A stretch of 54,932 nt of DNA from Paraspadella gotoi (Eukaryota; Animalia; Chaetognatha): the NCBI GenBank assembly GCA_051294375.1, contig JBJCIZ010000927.1:1-54932 (forward strand), in the 5' to 3' direction. Below the pieces are notes generated by a model. That model was not told the DNA's origin. It saw only the letters and a program-made list of their open reading frames with translations, and did not search any database. The stretch's first letter is position 1. Each line of letters opens with the position of its first letter. This document shows, one piece after another, positions 50,601-54,932 of this stretch. Made by a program: the position numbers and the translations under genes.

Positions 50601-51484
50601 TCTCTGGTCCGATCAAGAAGCGGAAGGAGCTCAACCGCTACGCAGCTCTGGAGATTCCGGACTGCGGCGCCGACGTCTTCGTCGGATGCGACTTCATCGC
50701 CGTCAAGTATTCCGTCAGACTCGTGGTGGGTGGCAAAACTGGCAATTGTTGTTGTTTAATTTCTTGTTGTCGTCGTTTTTAATTTTGTCTTCATATTCAT
50801 CATCGTTGTTTAATTCTGACTTTATATTTTTTTTGATGGTTGATTTTAGCAAAGCTCAGATAAACAGTTTTGTTTGGTTAAAGATTATTATTTATTATAT
50901 AGTTATAGTTATTTATTACATATTTATAATTATTATTTTAAATCATTCTAACATTGTTATTTCAGATTTCCCCGAAAGGCAGCGCTCCAATCCTTCTCTC
51001 GGCGCCTGTTAGAATCGGAAGCCGCCGCTTTCCCTTCGCTGCTCCCCACGGCGCCGCGCTGCCGCCACGCCCACCCAGCGACGCCGCCCTCGTTGCCCCG
51101 GCGTCCCCCGCCGAGGAGCCCTCCTCTTTGCCAGACGAGACTTCGCCTCCCTTCAACCCGAACTTTTCTCCCGGCGTCGAAATCGCCGACGTCGTCGTCG
51201 AGACGTCGCCGATGGAACCCGAAGCGCCGCCGCCGTCAGATGTCGGCGCCATCTCGACACCCTATCCCGACGACTCAGTCGCCGCAGTCGCCGCAGCTGT
51301 AGACTCAAGCCGCTCCTCGGCCTTCTTCAACGAGTCGGTCAACGAGTGCGCCATCTGTTTCGTCAACGTCAAAGACATCGCCTTCGATTGCGGACATCTG
51401 GCCTGCTCCGAGTGCGCCGAGCAGCTCGTCGACTGCCACATCTGCAGAGTCAAGATCACAGCCAAGAGAAAGATCTACTTGTGA
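41696..51484 (+). CDS. Alpha-arrestin (arrestin domain-containing protein) with C-terminal RING-HC finger, ~466 aa
   Basis: join(41696,42143-42342,44722-45004,45532-45594,49170-49294,49664-49720,50573-50725,50966-51484); all introns GT-AG and in phase; 1401 nt open frame. Confidence 0.9.
42143..42342 (+). CDS. Arrestin exon, arrestin_N start
   Basis: YLPGDRVTGRVVFELKKPLKIRGVRIYLKGEAVAGW. Confidence 0.92.
42656..43494. repeat. Intronic minisatellite: 11 units of ~70 bp (A) and ~80 bp (B)
   Basis: Shared core gttctatcttgatcgataaatcc; order ABBABBABABB. Confidence 0.95.
43823..44552. repeat. ~323-bp dispersed/tandem repeat family: minus fragment 43823-43955, plus ~1.5 units 44081-44552
   Basis: Also at 46649-47133 (minus, ~1.5 units) and ~17835-17918. 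Confidence 0.9.
44722..45004 (+). CDS. Arrestin exon, arrestin_N core
   Basis: LSAGPHSYAFSFRLPAELPQSVE...GFVRYSAKARIDVPF. Confidence 0.93.
45532..45594 (+). CDS. Arrestin exon, linker with GCCCSSG
   Basis: tag| ... G|gtaaat; phase 1/1. Confidence 0.85.
45990..46550. repeat. 18-bp minisatellite (GGCATAATTTGGTCAACT), about 30 units
   Basis: Direct reading of the tandem units. Confidence 0.95.
46649..47133 (-). repeat. ~323-bp repeat family, ~1.5 tandem units
   Basis: Reverse complement of 44081-44552. Confidence 0.9.
48213..49100 (-). mobile_element. 3' fragment of an RTE-like non-LTR retrotransposon
   Basis: RIGHVMRMKDDRMAK motif; C-terminal zinc-finger-like CICGKEF..RH and CEICG..RHMRQQH; (AAGTC)3 tail; flanked by a 56-bp direct duplication. 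Confidence 0.8.
49170..49294 (+). CDS. Arrestin exon, arrestin_C start
   Basis: RAFVPGDEIKVVAQVANSN. Confidence 0.92.
49664..49720 (+). CDS. Arrestin exon
   Basis: tacag|VRTMTVYAKNSKGKTESRQ|gtaatc; phase 0/0. Confidence 0.85.
49791..50525. mobile_element. hAT-like MITE related to 16387-16994
   Basis: TIRs TAGAGTGATGTAAAA / TAGGGTGAAGTGAAA; internal similarity to ~16700-16940; TSD imperfect (CTGATCAG). Confidence 0.65.
50228..50389. mobile_element. 162-bp hairpin MITE, Ginger-like
   Basis: Near-perfect ~78-bp arms; TGT...ACA termini; 4-bp TSD GTAG. Confidence 0.85.
50573..50725 (+). CDS. Arrestin exon, arrestin_C
   Basis: LEIPDCGADVFVGCDFIAVKYSVRLV. Confidence 0.9.
50966..51484 (+). CDS. 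Arrestin last exon: end of arrestin_C, Pro-rich linker, RING-HC finger
   Basis: APVRIGS ... CAICFVNVKDIAFDCGHLACSECAEQLVDCHICRVKI. Confidence 0.92.
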   Translation: MSPKGSAPILLSAPVRIGSRRFPFAAPHGAALPPRPPSDAALVAPASPAEEPSSLPDETSPPFNPNFSPGVEIADVVVETSPMEPEAPPPSDVGAISTPYPDDSVAAVAAAVDSSRSSAFFNESVNECAICFVNVKDIAFDCGHLACSECAEQLVDCHICRVKITAKRKIYL

Positions 51485-52465
51485 CCGCAGATCGGCGACC
51501 GCAAAGAAAATTCCTTTTTAAGTTTTATTTATGTCTACGATTTGGGAGAGAAATACATTGAGAGATGATATGAAGTTAACAACTATAGCTTCTCTCTCTC
51601 ATACTCTTCTCCCCTCTCTGCCCCTTCCCCTTACCCAAAAGCGACCTTACCCTATCGCTCCCTCCAAGCACCTTCCCTCTTCAACGTGCTGGTGATCTAT
51701 TTTTAATATTCTTTTTGTGATCCGACAATCACGGTGAGGGTGAATGCGGCTTTTCCTTTTTAATTTTACTTCCACCTCGTTAGGTTAGCGTTTTGGCTTC
51801 ACTCCTTCCCCCATTGATCTACCAGGTCGGTGTAGATATTTATTTTTAACAAATTTATAGTTATCATCATGTTTTCTAAGTCTTTCGAAATCATGGTTAA
51901 TTAAATTGCGATGCGAAGTAGATTTTTTATTTTCAATTTTTTTTGTATTGAATCGCGAATAACTTCTTTCACGAATCTTCTCGTTTCATCACTTAATTAA
52001 TTTTCGCCTAAAAAGCGAATTTTTTATTGGTATTTTGTTTTCAAATTTAATTTTTTCCCGCCATTTTCTATTATTGTTTGGTTTACTTTTCTTTCATGAA
52101 TTCTCATCCTTTCCCTCCCCCCTAAAAAAAATTAAAAAAAATCCTATTTATAAAAAAAATTTAACAAAATATTTGTAACCGAAGCAGTATGAAAAAAATG
52201 TATGGCTTAATACCGTTAATAGTATAATGCATTATTAGCTCATCGATGGTCGGTCGTTTTCGTCCGATCTCCTTGGTTTATTGCTCACTCGTTTCGTGAT
52301 TAATTATAAAAATACAAAAAGTTTTTCTCGAAGTTTAAATCTTCTGTGCATCTTTTGTTACGATCCTTAACGGCTACAATAATATCAGTTTTTTTATAGA
52401 TAAAATTTTAAGCACGAAAATATTTAATTGGCGCATAACAACAACAAAAATGACTTATTATAAAA

Positions 52466-54850
52466 TCAGTGAGGGGGTGGACCGTCGACGTAACGCAATT
52501 GGGGGGTCAGGTTCGAAAAGAAATGCTTGGGCAGCAAGCAATACAAGCACAGGAGGGAAACGCAGACGATAAGAAAAATAGAAAAGATTTCGTACAGAGC
52601 GGATTTTGTGGTGGACGTCGTCGTCGTTGTCGTTGTCATCTTCGATCTTTGTTTTCCTTTAAAATTATTTGAGAACGAATCTTTATCGTCGCTTTCGTCG
52701 TAGTAATTGTTATTGTATAGATTTTTCTTACCGAATTCGTCCGAAAATTGATTCGTTTTCTGCGCATGGATCGAACTTAGACGAAGATTTCCTTTGTTTA
52801 CGTTTCCGTCGAATGTCCAACCAAAACTCGCGCCGATTCTTCTCTTTTCTTTTTCTTTTTTCCCCAAAAGTTTTTCTTTTTCTTGGCGATGAATTCGATC
52901 CAAGAAACAATTGTTTTTGTTTTCGTCAAATTCTCTTTCGATCCTTAATCCGTTTTTCTTTCCATCTTCTTCAACTTCGTCACTCAATCGTCTCTCGTTG
53001 CCCTTTTTTCGATTCTCCTCTTCCAAAGAAATTTTTCGACTTTTTTCTTTTCCTTTCTTTTTTTCTTTCGATCGTCGATCGAAGTCTTTTGTTCGTTTCT
53101 CGTTCGCCTTTTCTCCGCTACGACGCCAGCGCCGTGACAGGTTTTGCGTCGCGGATTCGTTGACGAAAGGAGCGCCGGTCTTCCATGCCCCGGTCTTCCA
53201 TACCCCGCTCGACGACGACACCGCCAACGCCACACTGCGCGTCGACGATCCCATCGAATCTCCGTCGCTTTCAGTGTAACCTTTTCCGTCGGCGACATCC
53301 ATCGTCGACCTAATCTTAGGGTTCTGGAATGGAACCGAGTTCGTCGTCGTCGACGAATACGTCTTCGACGTCGTTTTCATCGAAGTCGTCGTCTTTGCCT
53401 TCTCCTTTTCGACGACTTCCTGTTCTTCCCTTTTCTCCAAATTCGAAACCTTCTCCTTTCCCTCCACAGCGCTCCACTCCCCCACCCTTTTCTCATCCTC
53501 CTTCACTTTCTCACCTCCATTCACCTCCACCCTCTCTCCCTTCTCAATCCCTTCCTCCAACCTCCCCAACTCCTCCTTTAGCCCCTCCACCTCCTCCTCC
53601 ATCCCTCGACGCAGCCCCGCCTCCATAAAGTCTTTGACGTTGTGCAGCAGCAACGAGACGTTCGACGTCAGACGTCGACATCTGAGGATGGAATCTCTTC
53701 GCTGCAGCAATTCCCCGTTGCCGCCGCCGCCGGAGGTCAAAGCTACCACCGTCGCCATCTCCAGCCTCAACTCGCTCGTCAACTCCCCCATCTCTCGCCA
53801 CCAGGCGACGACGATGTCGAGACGACGAATTCTCTCCTCGAATTCGCGACGCAACTCGACGATCGATTCCGCGTAGAGGGAGAGGCGATTGACGCGCTTC
53901 CGCCACCCGACAACCTCTTCATCACCACCACAACCACTATTTTCTCCTCTCCACCCTCTCGCCGCCTCTACCCACCGCCACAGACGGACCTCGGCGGCCT
54001 GAGCGGCGACGCGGTCCATCGACAGACCGACCACGTGACCTCGCAGCGCTGTGGCGCGACGCTCCGCCTCTCCGGCGTCGCGAAATGTCCATCCGGTGCC
54101 GGGCTCCAGCAAAGCGGCGCGCTCGTCGATCCGATGTCGAACGGTGTCGAAGGCGGCGCGAACGTCGGCGAGAGCGGAGTCGACGCAGGATGATTCGTCG
54201 GTGAAGGACGACGCCGAGAGATCGAGTTGGCGACGTCGTGGCGAGAGGTTGTGTCGGTCATTGCCCTCGTCATAATCGAAGTTGCCCGTCAACGCGGTCT
54301 CCACGATCTCTTGCCAAGGCTCCTCCAGACAAACGTCCAGCTGAGTCTCGATCGCTCGACCCAGATTCTTGACGTTTTCGTCTTCGGACGCGGCGATAGC
54401 CTTCGAATTTGTCGTTAAGATCACTTCACAATTGTTTTCACTATTCCAAGCAAAGGTTGTCGACTCGACAGACTTCGTAAGTTTATCGTGACTTAATTCA
54501 TTGAAGGATTTGACTCCTCCGAATGAAGGAGCAGACTTTCTCTGAGATATCGTAGAAGAGTTACTGTTGCCTAGCGACAACGACGCCGCAATGTGGTTGC
54601 CAAGCAGCGATCGTCTCTTCCTCTTTTCATTCGCCTCCGTCTTCATCGTCTTTTCCAGCGATTTGGAGTCTTCGTCGTTGAGACGATCGTCGTCTTCGCC
54701 GAAGAGACGAGTGCCAATTCGTCGCGAAGACCAAAGATTCTTCGTGGATTTTTCGTCGTCGTCGTCGGCGTCGATATCGTCGTCGTGGTTGACGTCGTCG
54801 TCGTCCTCGCGTCGATATTGTTCAGAGATTTTTTCCCAAAGTTCGTCCAT
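52466..54850 (-). CDS. KASH-domain outer nuclear membrane protein (nesprin/Klarsicht-like); ~794 aa from the ATG at 54850, or the last exon of a longer gene
   Basis: Long open frame; helical spectrin-like/coiled-coil middle; C-terminal TM followed by LTPQLRYVDGPPPH*; splice acceptor just upstream of the ATG. Confidence 0.85.
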   Translation of the reverse strand: MDELWEKISEQYRREDDDDVNHDDDIDADDDDEKSTKNLWSSRRIGTRLFGEDDDRLNDEDSKSLEKTMKTEANEKRKRRSLLGNHIAASLSLGNSNSSTISQRKSAPSFGGVKSFNELSHDKLTKSVESTTFAWNSENNCEVILTTNSKAIAASEDENVKNLGRAIETQLDVCLEEPWQEIVETALTGNFDYDEGNDRHNLSPRRRQLDLSASSFTDESSCVDSALADVRAAFDTVRHRIDERAALLEPGTGWTFRDAGEAERRATALRGHVVGLSMDRVAAQAAEVRLWRWVEAARGWRGENSGCGGDEEVVGWRKRVNRLSLYAESIVELRREFEERIRRLDIVVAWWREMGELTSELRLEMATVVALTSGGGGNGELLQRRDSILRCRRLTSNVSLLLHNVKDFMEAGLRRGMEEEVEGLKEELGRLEEGIEKGERVEVNGGEKVKEDEKRVGEWSAVEGKEKVSNLEKREEQEVVEKEKAKTTTSMKTTSKTYSSTTTNSVPFQNPKIRSTMDVADGKGYTESDGDSMGSSTRSVALAVSSSSGVWKTGAWKTGAPFVNESATQNLSRRWRRSGEKANEKRTKDFDRRSKEKKKGKEKSRKISLEEENRKKGNERRLSDEVEEDGKKNGLRIEREFDENKNNCFLDRIHRQEKEKLLGKKEKEKRRIGASFGWTFDGNVNKGNLRLSSIHAQKTNQFSDEFGKKNLYNNNYYDESDDKDSFSNNFKGKQRSKMTTTTTTTSTTKSALYEIFSIFLIVCVSLLCLYCLLPKHFFSNLTPQLRYVDGPPPH

Positions 54851-54901
54851 CTTCTTCTGCGATGAGAAAGGAAAAGAAAGAGAATAAAAGGGAAGAGAAA
54901 A

Positions 54902-54932
54902 AACAAGTTTGAGCAAACAATGTCGGATCTGC
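54902..54932 (+). repeat. 5' end of a third HINE-like copy
   Basis: Identical to 38467-38497. Confidence 0.7.

Noticed and set aside
52469-54887. Plus-strand ORFs overlapping the KASH gene
   Set aside because: Antisense shadows of a GC-rich coding sequence

Overview
Repeat-rich eukaryotic (metazoan-looking) DNA with GC-rich exons, AT-rich GT-AG introns, three N gaps and several stretches that look like unpolished long-read consensus. Three genes could be assembled by hand. (1) A minus-strand, 3-exon type I membrane protein (~347 aa): signal peptide, two Cys/Trp-rich modules, a TM helix and an unusual S-x-x repeat tail; its ~21-kb second intron holds a nest of retroelements. (2) Head-to-head with it, a plus-strand alpha-arrestin (~466 aa) carrying its own C-terminal RING finger and no intact PPxY motif, with a start codon split by an intron. 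(3) A convergent KASH-domain protein in one large exon. Mobile DNA includes two CsRN1-clade Ty3/Gypsy copies, tandem Tx1/L1-clade LINEs whose ORF1 appears to carry an SGNH esterase, an RTE fragment, hAT- and Ginger-like MITEs, Helentron-like repeats, a Penelope-type hammerhead ribozyme and a retrozyme-like ~323-bp repeat. All calls come from manual reading; no database search was run.
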